Part shown: positions 17,745 to 26,239 of the stretch, piece by piece
Position numbering within the stretch: the stretch's first letter is position 1
Layout: each line of letters begins with the position of its first letter
Source of the DNA: Dehalococcoidia bacterium
GTDB lineage: Bacteria; Chloroflexota; Dehalococcoidia; Lucifugimonadales; UBA2985
NCBI GenBank assembly: GCA_965261605.1
Contig: OZ253466.1
Coordinates: 1,376,819 to 1,440,818, forward strand
Reading direction: 5' to 3'
DNA length: 64,000 nt
Program-made: the position numbers and the translations under genes
The notes under the pieces: model-generated
Told to the model about the DNA's origin: nothing
Databases searched by the model: none
Seen by the model: only the letters and a program-made list of their open reading frames with translations

Positions 17745-19058
17745 ATGACTGATATTGCACCCGCTTCAATGTATCGAAGCCAAGAGGGCTTGGGCCTGTG
17801 GGAGCATCGCGGGAAGGTGGCGGCAGTCGGAATCGGCCACTCCCCCACGTCGCGGCGCTGGGAAGAGACCCCTGAGACCAGCCTGGGCGCTTGGTCAATC
17901 TTAGCGCTCCGCAATGCTATGGAGGACGCAGGTGTCTCCCCCGACCAGGTGGATGGCCTTGTGATCAGCCCGGAGAGCCTGGGAGAGCCCTGGTCGCCAA
18001 GAACCGTCCCAGAGGACTTCGCCAATATGTTCCAGCTCACGGACAACCCCGACGACGGCCTCAGCAAGATGAGCGCCGAGTGGGTGCTGAAGAACATGCC
18101 GGAGCTGACCAACGTCAACTTCACCATGTACGGCCCGGGCTGCATGTCCAACGCCATCTGTGTCGCTGCCCAGGCCGTAGGCGAGGGTTTGACCAACACC
18201 TGTCTGGTGCTGACTGCCAGGAACAACCTGGCAGGCCGGTACGGTCAGTACGGCGCCGCGGCCGCGGACACCGTCACGGGCGGCGCGCAGTGGACCAACA
18301 CCTGGGGCGCGGTCGGACCTTACTACCCGGCGTACTGGTTCAACCAGTACACCCGCAAGTACGGCGGCAACCACGACATGATGGCCCCCTTCGTCGTAAA
18401 CTCCAAGCACAACGGCCTGCTGTTCCCGGAGGGGTTCTTCGCTCAGAACCGGCCTGAGCCGTTGACTGTGGAGGACTACCTCTCCGCTCGCTGGATAGTC
18501 AAGCCGGTGAACCTGTACGACTGCGACATCCCCATGTGCGTTACTGTCGCCTACCTCTTCACCACCGCCGAGCGTGCCAAGGACATGAAGCAGAAGCCCG
18601 TCTACATCCTCAGCCACGCGGAGTCGAGGCCCAAGTACCGGGGCATTGAGCAGACGCTGGACGAGGTGGAGGACTCGGCGGAGAGCCTGGGCCGGAGGCT
18701 GTACGAAGGCGCGGGCATCACTGCGAGCGACCTCTCCTTCGAGAATATGTACGACGGCTACACGCTGTTCCATCAGATAATGCTGGAGGGCCTGCGATAC
18801 CGGGGCGTCGGAAGAGGCGAGGCTCTGGACTTCTACCAGACTGACATCAGCATTGAGGGGCCGAACCCCGTTTCTCCCAGCGGCGGAAACGCCGGCAGCG
18901 GTCGCACCCGAATCTGGATGCACACGGACTGCATTCAGCAGATCCAGGAGAGGGCCGGCGCGCGGCAGGTCACGGGCGTGAAGCCTGAGATCGGCATCTC
19001 CGGCGGTCCGCACCCTCGTGGCGGCGACTTCGTGGTCTGGGGTTCAACGCCGGGGTAG
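17745..19058 (+). CDS. Thiolase-like (SCP-x/nonspecific lipid-transfer-type) protein
   Basis: Size and pairing with DUF35, Cys-containing N-terminal region (GPGCMSNAICVAAQAV), and C-terminal NPSGG-like motif (VSPSGGNAGSG). Confidence 0.8.
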   Translation: MTDIAPASMYRSQEGLGLWEHRGKVAAVGIGHSPTSRRWEETPETSLGAWSILALRNAMEDAGVSPDQVDGLVISPESLGEPWSPRTVPEDFANMFQLTDNPDDGLSKMSAEWVLKNMPELTNVNFTMYGPGCMSNAICVAAQAVGEGLTNTCLVLTARNNLAGRYGQYGAAAADTVTGGAQWTNTWGAVGPYYPAYWFNQYTRKYGGNHDMMAPFVVNSKHNGLLFPEGFFAQNRPEPLTVEDYLSARWIVKPVNLYDCDIPMCVTVAYLFTTAERAKDMKQKPVYILSHAESRPKYRGIEQTLDEVEDSAESLGRRLYEGAGITASDLSFENMYDGYTLFHQIMLEGLRYRGVGRGEALDFYQTDISIEGPNPVSPSGGNAGSGRTRIWMHTDCIQQIQERAGARQVTGVKPEIGISGGPHPRGGDFVVWGSTPG

Positions 19059-19089
19059 CATTCCCGTATCTCGCAAGATATCGCGTTTC

Positions 19090-19315
19090 TGTCATTCTGA
19101 GGAGCAGAGCGACGAAGGATCCCAAGTCGTTGAGCGACTGTTGCGTTTGCATTCTGACAAACGAGACTCACAGGGTGCACATAGAATCGAAGAGTCCTAT
19201 GTGGGTAGACCTGAGCGCTGGGTGGTCGGAGGTCCTGGATTCTTCACTGCGTTCAGAATGACAGAGGGGCGCGGTGACTGTCATTCTGAGGAGCGAAACG
19301 ACGAAGAATCCAAAG
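19090..19315. repeat. One copy, plus the start of a second, of a roughly 190-bp composite repeat with inverted ends (tgtcattctgaggagc...ggattcttcactgcgttcagaatgaca)
   Basis: The same unit is tandemly repeated at 51992-52410. The spurious peptide CHSEE(R/Q)(S/N)DE(E/G)S appears in ORF 19018..19326. Confidence 0.85.
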
Positions 19316-19451
19316 TGGTCAACTGACTACCGAGTCATGGGTTTTGGGATTGCGTCAGTAGATGAGGCGCTACAAATTCCTTGCTGCGCTCGGAATGACC
19401 TAAAGGGAGGACGCCCGGAGTGATGGGGCAGCGACAGAGAGGTGACGCTGC

Positions 19452-20696
19452 TTACAGCGAGCCGTGGGACTCTGAGGCGGTTGGGCGGGCCACGCGTACC
19501 CTCTTGATGCGTCTTCCCAGGGTGGTGATCACCCGGATGTTCAGCCCATTGACCTGTGCCTCGTCTCCCGGGATGGGGACCCTGCCCAGTTGGTGATAGA
19601 GCAGTCCCCCAAGGGTATCGAACCCGTCTCCCTGGAGATTGGCGTCGAACGCCTCGTTGACTTCATCCAGTGATATGCGGGCGTCCATCAGGGCCTCGTC
19701 ATCGCTTACCATCTCTCTTAGCGTCTCCGTCGTGTCGAATTCGTCCTCTATCTCCCCAACTATCTCCTCCAGCAGGTCCTCAATGGTGACCAGCCCGGTG
19801 GTGCCGCCGTACTCGTCCACCACAAGGGCAACCTGGATGTGCTGTTCCTGGAAGTCACGCAGCAGGTCGTCCAGGCGCTTGAACACGGGAATGAAAAGGG
19901 GCGGGCGGGCGATGCTTGCCAGGTGAATGTCCGCGTTGCCCGTGGCCAGGTGGCGCAGCAGGTCTCGCGAATGCACCACGCCGACGATGTTGTCTATGGT
20001 CTCCTCGTAGATGGGTATGCGGCTGTGGCCGCTGTTCCACATAAGCTCCGCCACCACGCTCAAGGGCGAAGTAGCCTCGGCCGCCAGGATGTCCATTCGG
20101 GGTATCATTATCTCCCGGGCCGTGGTCTCGTCCAGCTTCAGTATCGACCTGATCATCTCCTCTTCGTGGGGTTCCAGCTCTTCGTTGTGGTCGGTCTCAG
20201 GAAGCTCACCGAGTGCGACGAGATTGAATGGGTTGGACAGGGCAGAAGTGTCCGCGGTGACCGCGCCTCCCCTGGACAGAGCCGAAGCGACGGATATCTG
20301 CACTCGGGAGAGAAGGGATGCCGGAAGAGCCAGAGGCCATAGCATCATGGCGGGGATGCGCGCCTTCGTTCCCAAACGCGCGCCTAGGCCGGCCAGCACA
20401 CCCTGGAAGACAGGCAGGAACACCAGCAGCCCCAACGCCCCCAGCGCTACAGCCCACCAGGTGAAGTCGAGGGACAACAGCAGGTACGCGCCTGAAGCTA
20501 CGGTAGCGGCAATCAGTCCTGCCTTTATCAGGGACCGGGTTGTTTCGTCCCACAGGGCGGGGTGAAGCAGCGAGTCTTCTCCTGCGGGACCGCCTCGAAG
20601 CCTGGGCCACAGATATCCCTCAGTCAGGGAGAGGAGGCCATAGAAGACCATAGCGAGGCCCAATACTACGGCTGCTAACGAACTATCAGGGTCCAA
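19452..20696 (-). CDS. CNNM/HlyC-family membrane protein (DUF21 + CBS pair + CorC_HlyC domain)
   Basis: N-terminal TM region, then IMIPRMDI...VVHSRDLL (CBS pair) and a C-terminal GDGFDTLGGLLYHQLGRVPIPGD...ITTLGRRIKRV transporter-associated domain. TTG start with a GAGGTGG RBS. Confidence 0.85.
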   Translation of the reverse strand: MDPDSSLAAVVLGLAMVFYGLLSLTEGYLWPRLRGGPAGEDSLLHPALWDETTRSLIKAGLIAATVASGAYLLLSLDFTWWAVALGALGLLVFLPVFQGVLAGLGARLGTKARIPAMMLWPLALPASLLSRVQISVASALSRGGAVTADTSALSNPFNLVALGELPETDHNEELEPHEEEMIRSILKLDETTAREIMIPRMDILAAEATSPLSVVAELMWNSGHSRIPIYEETIDNIVGVVHSRDLLRHLATGNADIHLASIARPPLFIPVFKRLDDLLRDFQEQHIQVALVVDEYGGTTGLVTIEDLLEEIVGEIEDEFDTTETLREMVSDDEALMDARISLDEVNEAFDANLQGDGFDTLGGLLYHQLGRVPIPGDEAQVNGLNIRVITTLGRRIKRVRVARPTASESHGSL

Positions 20697-20783
20697 TTCA
20701 TACCACCTCTTCAGAGTCAGTGGTCGATGCTTCCTCTATCAGAGAAGCCCCTGTGAGGTAAGCTGAAGAGCTTTGCAAAGATG

Positions 20784-22151
20784 TCATTGTTCTTTCTTAA
20801 GGTCGCCGTTAGGCAAGGTCCTGGCCGGGACTCCCGCCACCCTGGTTCCGGCGGGCACGTCCCTGGTCACCACGGAGCCGGCGCCTGTGCTGGCTCCCGC
20901 GCCCACCCGGACCGGCGCCACCAGCATGGAGTCGCTGCCTATGAAAGCGCCCTCCTCAATTACGGTCCGGTGCTTGTCCACCCCGTCAAAGTTGCAGGTC
21001 ACGGTGCCTGCTCCCAGGTTGACATCCGGCCCTACCCAGGAATCGCCCACGTAGGTGAAGTGGCCTATCTTTGTGCCTGCGCCCAGGCTGCTCTTCTTCA
21101 CCTCGACGAAGTTGCCGATGTGCACGTCTCTGTCTATGTGGGTCTCAGGTCGAATATGGCTGTAAGGACCGATATCGACGCCCTCCTCCAGGACGGCGGA
21201 TTCCACCACGGAGTACCACACCCGGCATCCGTCGGCGATTACGGAGTCCTCTATCATGGAGCCGGGGCCTATCTGGCACCCGCGCCCGATTCTCGTCTCG
21301 CCCTTGAGAAAGGTGTTGGGGTAGACCACGGTGTCGGGCTCAATGTACACGGATACGTCTATGTAGGCAGGCTCCATGACTGTAACACCCTGGAGAAGCC
21401 AGCGCTCGTTTATCCTGCGCTGCATCGCGTCCCTGGCCCTGGCAAGCTGGACACCGTCGTTCACGCCCAGGGCCTCCATAGGGTCGTCCAGAGGCATTGT
21501 GGAAACCGCGTTGCCCTGGGCTGCGGCAAGGGCAGCCAGGCCCGTCAGGTAAAGCTCCCCACTGGCAGCCGGAGTCAGCTTGTCCAAGGCGGTCCAAAGC
21601 CAAGGGGAACTGAAGCAGTACACGCCTGCGTTGCCCTCACAGGTCGTCCCGCCGCCTTCCTTCAGGTCCGCCTTCTCGACTATGGACAGCACTTCGCCAC
21701 TCTCTCCGCGCACCACGCGGCCCATGTCCACCGAGGGAAGCTCGCTGCACGTCAGAAGAGTGAGACAGGTTTGGGCGGACTCGTGATGGCGCGCCAGAGC
21801 CGACAGGGTGTCGGAGGTTATCATGGGCACGTCGCCGTTGACCACCAGGATGTTGCCTGCGTAGTCTCCAAGCAGGTCTCGGGCCTGAGCGAGCGCGTGG
21901 CCCGTTCCCAGGGGTTCTGCTTGTTCCACCAAGCAACAGTCGGGGCCGAGTACATCGGCTATCTGCGAAGAGTCGGGAGGGACAACGACCACCACATCCT
22001 CAAAGCCGACGCCTCTCAGCGCGTCCGCGACCAGCCCAACCATCTCTCGACCGCAGATGGGCTGCAGGACCTTGGGTGCGCTGGACTTCATACGAGTCCC
22101 TCTACCCGCCGCCAGTATTATCGCCCGCCAACTATCCACTTTCTGCACCAA
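20784..22151 (-). CDS. glmU: Bifunctional UDP-N-acetylglucosamine pyrophosphorylase / glucosamine-1-phosphate N-acetyltransferase
   Basis: ILAAGRGTRMKS...N-terminal nucleotidyltransferase fold, plus C-terminal left-handed beta-helix hexapeptide repeats (...IGNFVEVKKSSLGAGTKIGHFTYVGDS...). TTG start. Confidence 0.93.
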   Translation of the reverse strand: MVQKVDSWRAIILAAGRGTRMKSSAPKVLQPICGREMVGLVADALRGVGFEDVVVVVPPDSSQIADVLGPDCCLVEQAEPLGTGHALAQARDLLGDYAGNILVVNGDVPMITSDTLSALARHHESAQTCLTLLTCSELPSVDMGRVVRGESGEVLSIVEKADLKEGGGTTCEGNAGVYCFSSPWLWTALDKLTPAASGELYLTGLAALAAAQGNAVSTMPLDDPMEALGVNDGVQLARARDAMQRRINERWLLQGVTVMEPAYIDVSVYIEPDTVVYPNTFLKGETRIGRGCQIGPGSMIEDSVIADGCRVWYSVVESAVLEEGVDIGPYSHIRPETHIDRDVHIGNFVEVKKSSLGAGTKIGHFTYVGDSWVGPDVNLGAGTVTCNFDGVDKHRTVIEEGAFIGSDSMLVAPVRVGAGASTGAGSVVTRDVPAGTRVAGVPARTLPNGDLKKEQ

Positions 22152-22384
22152 TAACTAAAGGGTAACCGCACTCCTGTTGTTGAGAAAGAGCCACGGCCAC
22201 CCTATCGAATTAGCTCTGGGTAAAACCTCATCCTGTCTGAATAGTAGCACGATTGAATGTGGGCTGTCAAGGCTAGCGCAGGCTGTAAAGCGTAACCCCA
22301 CCGGCGTTGAAAGGCGTAATCCGTAGCGATATGCGGCTGCCAGTGTGATGTCGCAAAGGAGTATGCCATGTCGGTGTCGCGCTG

Positions 22385-22393
22385 TGCTATAAT
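22385..22393 (+). promoter_or_regulatory. Extended -10 element (TGcTATAAT) upstream of the tRNA-Ser pair
   Basis: tgctataat ends 12 nt before the first tRNA. I see no good -35 element. Confidence 0.4.
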
Positions 22394-22405
22394 GCTTTTT
22401 CGGAA

Positions 22406-22496
22406 GGAGAGGTGGCCGAGAGGCTTATGGCGCCGCTCTCGAAAAGCGGTTCCCGATTGCATCGGGACGTGGGTTCAAATCCCACCCTCTCCGCCA
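22406..22496 (+). tRNA. tRNA-Ser (anticodon CGA), CCA encoded
   Basis: GGAGAGG acceptor stem pairs with CCTCTCC, anticodon loop is cuCGAaa, there is a long variable arm, and the T-loop is GGTTCAAATCC. Confidence 0.93.
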
Positions 22497-22533
22497 TTGG
22501 GTCCAGCCAAGACCCGAGTAGTGCAGGAGTCCC

Positions 22534-22623
22534 GGAGAGGTGCTGGAGCGGCCGAACAGGCGCGACTGGAAATCGCGTAGGGGAGCAATCTCCTCATGGG
22601 TTCAAATCCCATCCTCTCCGCCA
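22534..22623 (+). tRNA. tRNA-Ser (anticodon GGA), CCA encoded
   Basis: GGAGAGG/CCTCTCC acceptor stem, anticodon loop cuGGAaa, long variable arm, GGTTCAAATCC T-loop. Confidence 0.93.
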
Positions 22624-22743
22624 ACATTAAAGACGCCTTCCGCGCTCTTTGCAGCCCGGCTCTCTATGCAATCTCTCCACCTCTTTGCTACGCTATCCGT
22701 GCGGAGTACGCTGACCTGCCGGGAAAGAGCCGTCGCAGAAGCT

Positions 22744-23631
22744 ATGAAGGCCTCAAAGGTAGTATCAACATATCTGGTAAAGCCGGCGCTGGCCGTTGTC
22801 GTTCTGGTCGGGCTGCTTGCCTGCGTACCGGATGCAGTGACCGGCGAGGGGAGACTGAGACTGGCAACGACCACAAGCCTGTACGATACGGGGCTTTGGG
22901 ACACACTGGAGCGCCGTTTCGAGGACAGATACGATGTGGAGCTTGACATCCTGACCGGCGGAACGGGCAAGGCCCTGGAGTTCGGCAGGTTGGGCGAGGT
23001 GGACGCCATTGCCATCCATGACCGCGTCCGAGAAGAAGCGTTCGTCGCCGAGGGGTACGGGGTGGAGCGACATCCCATAGCCTACAACTACTTTCTCATA
23101 GTCGGGCCGGAGAGCGATCCCGCGGGGATCAGTCAGCTCGCCCCGGAGGAAGCCCTATTGGAGGTGATGAGGAAGGGCCAAGCCAGTCCGGGCCGGGTGT
23201 GGTTTGTGTCCAGGGGCGACGAGTCCGGCACGCACGCCAGGGAGAAGCTGCTTTGGGAGAAGGCGGGTTATGACTACGATACGGTGAGGGACTCCGGCAG
23301 CTGGTACCTTGAGTCGGGGGCGGGTATGGGCGCCGTCCTGCTCCTCGCCGATGAGAAGGAGGCATACACACTGACGGACGCGGGCACGTTCCTCGCCTTC
23401 AAGAAAGACCTGGACTTGACGCCGCTTGTGGAAAGTGGCGACTCCCTCCTGAACGTGTACTCCGTGATAGCGGTAAGCCCTGAGCGGTTCCCCGGCGCCA
23501 ACTCGGACATGGCCGATAGGCTTATACAGTTTCTCACATCGGAGGAAGTGCAGGACCTGATAGGGGACCACGGCGTAAGCGAGTATGGGAGGGCGCTGTT
23601 TACTCCCACACGAGGACAAGAGCCTCAATGA
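22744..23631 (+). CDS. tupA: Tungstate (TupA-type) ABC transporter substrate-binding lipoprotein
   Basis: The ATG at 22744 gives MKASKVV...LLAC (signal/lipobox). This is followed by LATTTSLYDTGLWDTL...GGTGKALEFGRLGEVD...YNYFLIVGPESDPAG, matching TupA-type binding proteins. The longer ORF start at 22540 would read through a tRNA. Confidence 0.7.
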   Translation: MKASKVVSTYLVKPALAVVVLVGLLACVPDAVTGEGRLRLATTTSLYDTGLWDTLERRFEDRYDVELDILTGGTGKALEFGRLGEVDAIAIHDRVREEAFVAEGYGVERHPIAYNYFLIVGPESDPAGISQLAPEEALLEVMRKGQASPGRVWFVSRGDESGTHAREKLLWEKAGYDYDTVRDSGSWYLESGAGMGAVLLLADEKEAYTLTDAGTFLAFKKDLDLTPLVESGDSLLNVYSVIAVSPERFPGANSDMADRLIQFLTSEEVQDLIGDHGVSEYGRALFTPTRGQEPQ

Positions 23632-24140
23632 GCGTTTGTCCACTTCCCTCGTCACTCCCGTGCAGGCGGGAGTCCATATCCCCCCTCTTGGATTCCCGCT
23701 CGGGGGCGGGAATGACAGAATGGGCCCAACAGTTTGCTGTAATGCCCGTGAAAAGAGACCTTTGCGTAACCAGCGCGGCAGTTCCGTTGAATGTCATTCT
23801 GAGCGCAGCGAAGAATCCAAAGGGTTTCATTCCAAGACAGCGCAGTTTTGCGAGCAAAGGCTTTGGATTCTTCACTTCGCTCCGCTCCGTTCAGAATGAC
23901 AGCAGAAGCGCCTCTGCTGATATACCGCGAGGGGTTACGCAAAGGTCTCAGAAAACTGGCATCCAGGGGTGGTGGGTCCATCGCTTTACGCTTACCCATT
24001 CCCTGGCTCCCTGGGCTAGGGGTTCGGTAGACCCCTGCTTTCGCAGGGGTGGTTTGGACTCGATCAGGCCGTTCACCCACAGACCATTCCTGCGGAAGCA
24101 GGAATCCAGTGCCATAGAATCCGGCAGGGGAGGCCCTTAA
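23632..24140. repeat. Cluster of short palindromic repeat units filling the tupA-tupB spacer
   Basis: Contains ggattcccgctcgggggcgggaatgaca, tgtcattctgagcgcagcgaagaatcc with its inverted partner ggattcttcacttcgctccgctccgttcagaatgaca, and cattcctgcggaagcaggaatc. These are the same unit families as at 48240-48900 and 51785-52575. Confidence 0.8.
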
Positions 24141-24144
24141 CCTC

Positions 24145-24831
24145 ATGGACCTGGTGCTGGACAGCTTCTTCACGGCCCTCAAGCTCATCTTTACCGGAGA
24201 CCGGGAGGTGTTCAGCATAGCGGGCAGGACGCTCCTGATCGCCGGGACTTCCACGCTGATTGCGACCCTCGTGTTCATTCCCGTCGGAAGCCTGATCTAC
24301 TTCCACGCATTCCCCGGCAAGGGAGCGCTGATATACGTGATTCAGACCCTCTATAGCGTGCCCACGGTCTTTGTGGGCCTGCTGGTTTTCATCACCCTGT
24401 CCAAGGACGGGCCGCTGGGAGGCCTGGGGATACTCTTCACGCCCCAGGCCATAGTGATGGGGCACGTGATACTAATATCGCCCATCATAACGGGGCTCAC
24501 CGTATCGGCTCTCCGGGGAGTGCCGCCCGAGATAAAGGAAACGGCCCTATCGCTGGGCGCAGACAGGATGCAGACCATCTACACCATTGTCAAAGAGGCG
24601 AAGTACGGTGTGACTACCGCGGCGCTCCTTGGCTTCGGGCGCGCCGTTTCCGAGATAGGACTGGCTATAATTGTTGGCGGCAACATCAGAGGGTACACCA
24701 GGACTCTGACTACGGCGATGTCCCTGGAGACGTCTATCGGAAACTTTGAGCTTGCGATGGCTCTGGGGATAATCCTGGTGTTTCTGGCTCTGGTGGTCAA
24801 TATTGTGGCGGGTAGACTCCAGCAGAGGTAG
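24145..24831 (+). CDS. tupB: ABC transporter permease (tungstate/TupB-type)
   Basis: Six-helix BPD-type permease with the EAA-like loop ETALSLGADRMQTIYTIV. Its context lies between tupA and an ATPase. Confidence 0.75.
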   Translation: MDLVLDSFFTALKLIFTGDREVFSIAGRTLLIAGTSTLIATLVFIPVGSLIYFHAFPGKGALIYVIQTLYSVPTVFVGLLVFITLSKDGPLGGLGILFTPQAIVMGHVILISPIITGLTVSALRGVPPEIKETALSLGADRMQTIYTIVKEAKYGVTTAALLGFGRAVSEIGLAIIVGGNIRGYTRTLTTAMSLETSIGNFELAMALGIILVFLALVVNIVAGRLQQR

Positions 24832-24837
24832 GTCGTT

Positions 24838-25908
24838 TTGATTGAGATCCGAGACCTGTGGAAGAGATACGGCGACAACACCGTCCTGAGTGGCATCGAC
24901 CTGGACGCGCCCAGCAACGGCGTCACGGCGCTGATAGGTCCCAGTGGCTCCGGCAAGACGACCCTCCTGCGTCTCATCGATCTGCTGGATGAGCCGACCT
25001 CCGGCGTCATACTCTTCGACGGCGTGGACGCGGGCGCGTCGGAGAAGGCGAAACTGGAGATGCGCAGGAGGATGGTCATCGTCTTTCAGAAGCCGGTGGT
25101 GTTCAACTCCACCGTCTACGACAATGTGGCGTACGGCCTGAAGATCCGCGGCAGGGGAAAGAGTGTGGTTCAGGATAGGGTGCGCCACGCCCTGGAGACC
25201 GTCGACCTCGCCGGCTACGAGAGCAGGCGAGCGAGGACCCTTTCGGGGGGCGAGATACAGCGGGTTGCCCTGGCGCGGGCTATGGTCACGGAGCCGGAGC
25301 TGCTCCTGCTGGACGAGCCTACGGCCAACCTGGACCCGGTCTCCATTGCGAGGGTGGAGAGCTTGATAGCCAGGGTCATCGGGGAGCTGCGCGCCACGGT
25401 GATCATGACCACCCACGATATGGCCCAGGGGCAGCGCCTCGCCAACCGGATAGGTGTGCTGATAGGTGGGGAGATGCTGCAGGTGGGCGCGCCCAGCGAG
25501 ATATTCAACCTGCCCCACAACACGCAGGTCGCCCAGTTTGTCGGAGTGGAGAACATTCTGGAGGGGGAGATAGCCTCCAGGGAAGCGGGACTGGTCAACG
25601 TCAACATAGGCGGCGCGGTGATAGAGGGTATTTCCGACCTGGAGCCGGGCTCCCGCGTCTCAGCCTGCATCAGGCCGGAGGGCGTCACCATAGCCTTGAC
25701 CCCGTCGCCAACCAGCGCGAGGAACTCCTTCTCAGGGACGATAACCAGTATGGCGTCCTCAGGGCCTCTTGTCCGGGTCGGGATCGACTGCGGCTTCCCA
25801 CTGGTGGCCCTGATCACAAGCAGGTCTGCGGAGGACCTGGAGCTCCGGGCGGGATCGACGGTCAGCGCCTCCTTCAAGGCGACCGGAGTGCACATAATGG
25901 AGCGGTGA
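24838..25908 (+). CDS. tupC: ABC transporter ATP-binding protein with a C-terminal TOBE/Mop-like domain (TupC-type)
   Basis: GPSGSGKTT (Walker A), LSGGEIQRVALARA (signature), LLLLDEP (Walker B), and a C-terminal NSFSGTITSM...VSASFKATGVHI TOBE-like fold. TTG start. Confidence 0.85.
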   Translation: MIEIRDLWKRYGDNTVLSGIDLDAPSNGVTALIGPSGSGKTTLLRLIDLLDEPTSGVILFDGVDAGASEKAKLEMRRRMVIVFQKPVVFNSTVYDNVAYGLKIRGRGKSVVQDRVRHALETVDLAGYESRRARTLSGGEIQRVALARAMVTEPELLLLDEPTANLDPVSIARVESLIARVIGELRATVIMTTHDMAQGQRLANRIGVLIGGEMLQVGAPSEIFNLPHNTQVAQFVGVENILEGEIASREAGLVNVNIGGAVIEGISDLEPGSRVSACIRPEGVTIALTPSPTSARNSFSGTITSMASSGPLVRVGIDCGFPLVALITSRSAEDLELRAGSTVSASFKATGVHIMER

Positions 25909-25918
25909 GGGGGGTTAC

Positions 25919-26239
25919 CTACGGAGAGAACAGAGACCGTACGGCGGTCCCTATTTCAGACTGCTTGGCCTCCGTCAACCTTCCGAATGTACGAATGAAC
26001 AGGCTATCGTTCAGTGTGAACAGCCTGTTGAAGCGAACCACACTTGGACGGTTCAGACCTCCCGTGCGGAAATCGCTACTGATAATCGCAATGTTCCCTG
26101 GTTGACTGCTTTGACGTGTAGTAATCTCACAAACGATCCAATCTCCCGTGCCCACGTAACTCAGCACTAAGACCGGACGCTTTTTTGAAGAGCTCAGATC
26201 AGTGAACGGGAAGGGCACCAGGACTACGTCTCCAACCAC
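25919..26239 (-). CDS. MazF/PemK-family endoribonuclease toxin
   Basis: GDVVLVPFPFTDLSSSKKRPVLVLS...ITTR...GLNRPSVVRFNRLFTL matches the MazF/PemK N-terminal beta-barrel pattern. Candidate starts are GTG 26239 (preceded by GGGAGG with a 4-nt spacer) and GTG 26251. Both lie inside the 3' end of the RM gene. Confidence 0.8.
   Translation of the reverse strand: MVGDVVLVPFPFTDLSSSKKRPVLVLSYVGTGDWIVCEITTRQSSQPGNIAIISSDFRTGGLNRPSVVRFNRLFTLNDSLFIRTFGRLTEAKQSEIGTAVRSLFSP

Noticed and set aside
20781-22154. Long antisense ORFs mirroring real genes: 20781..22154+ against glmU, 46351..48039+ against gatA, 12508..13596- against trpS, 37492..38478+ against FAH, 24547..25518- against tupC, 17231..18226- and 17901..19013- against the thiolase, 60889..61935- against the second thiolase, and 63111..63950- against the ACAD.
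   Set aside because: Their translations are Arg/Gly/Pro/Ala/His-rich and low-complexity, with no motifs. The opposite strand carries unambiguous family signatures in each case. Stop-codon-poor shadow frames are expected in high-GC DNA.
22540-22743. The upstream extension of the tupA ORF (start at 22540), and similar long N-terminal extensions of recA (to 8671), gatA (to 48513), gatC (to 48215), the LicC-like gene (to 33740), trpS (from 12466) and the first crotonase (from 1501).
   Set aside because: The extensions run through tRNA genes, terminators or repeat units and lack homology. Internal starts with RBS-like sequences give the canonical N-termini.
22624-22743. Possible molybdenum-cofactor (Moco) or tungsten-responsive riboswitch upstream of tupA.
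   Set aside because: I could not find the conserved Moco-motif elements by eye. Only a generic ccgggaaaga stretch is present. An Infernal scan with the Moco_RNA_motif model would be needed.
23585-24465. ORFs of 90-210 aa lying across the repeat clusters: 23585..23899, 23628..24140, 23652..24278, 48241..48537, 48299..48709, 48477..48881, 48576..49064, 51788..52252, 52346..52630, 52443..53201 and 19018..19326.
   Set aside because: They are translations of the palindromic repeats in both orientations. The recurring pseudo-peptides are [19 protein letters not shown] and SPTPIGERG. They overlap one another on both strands.
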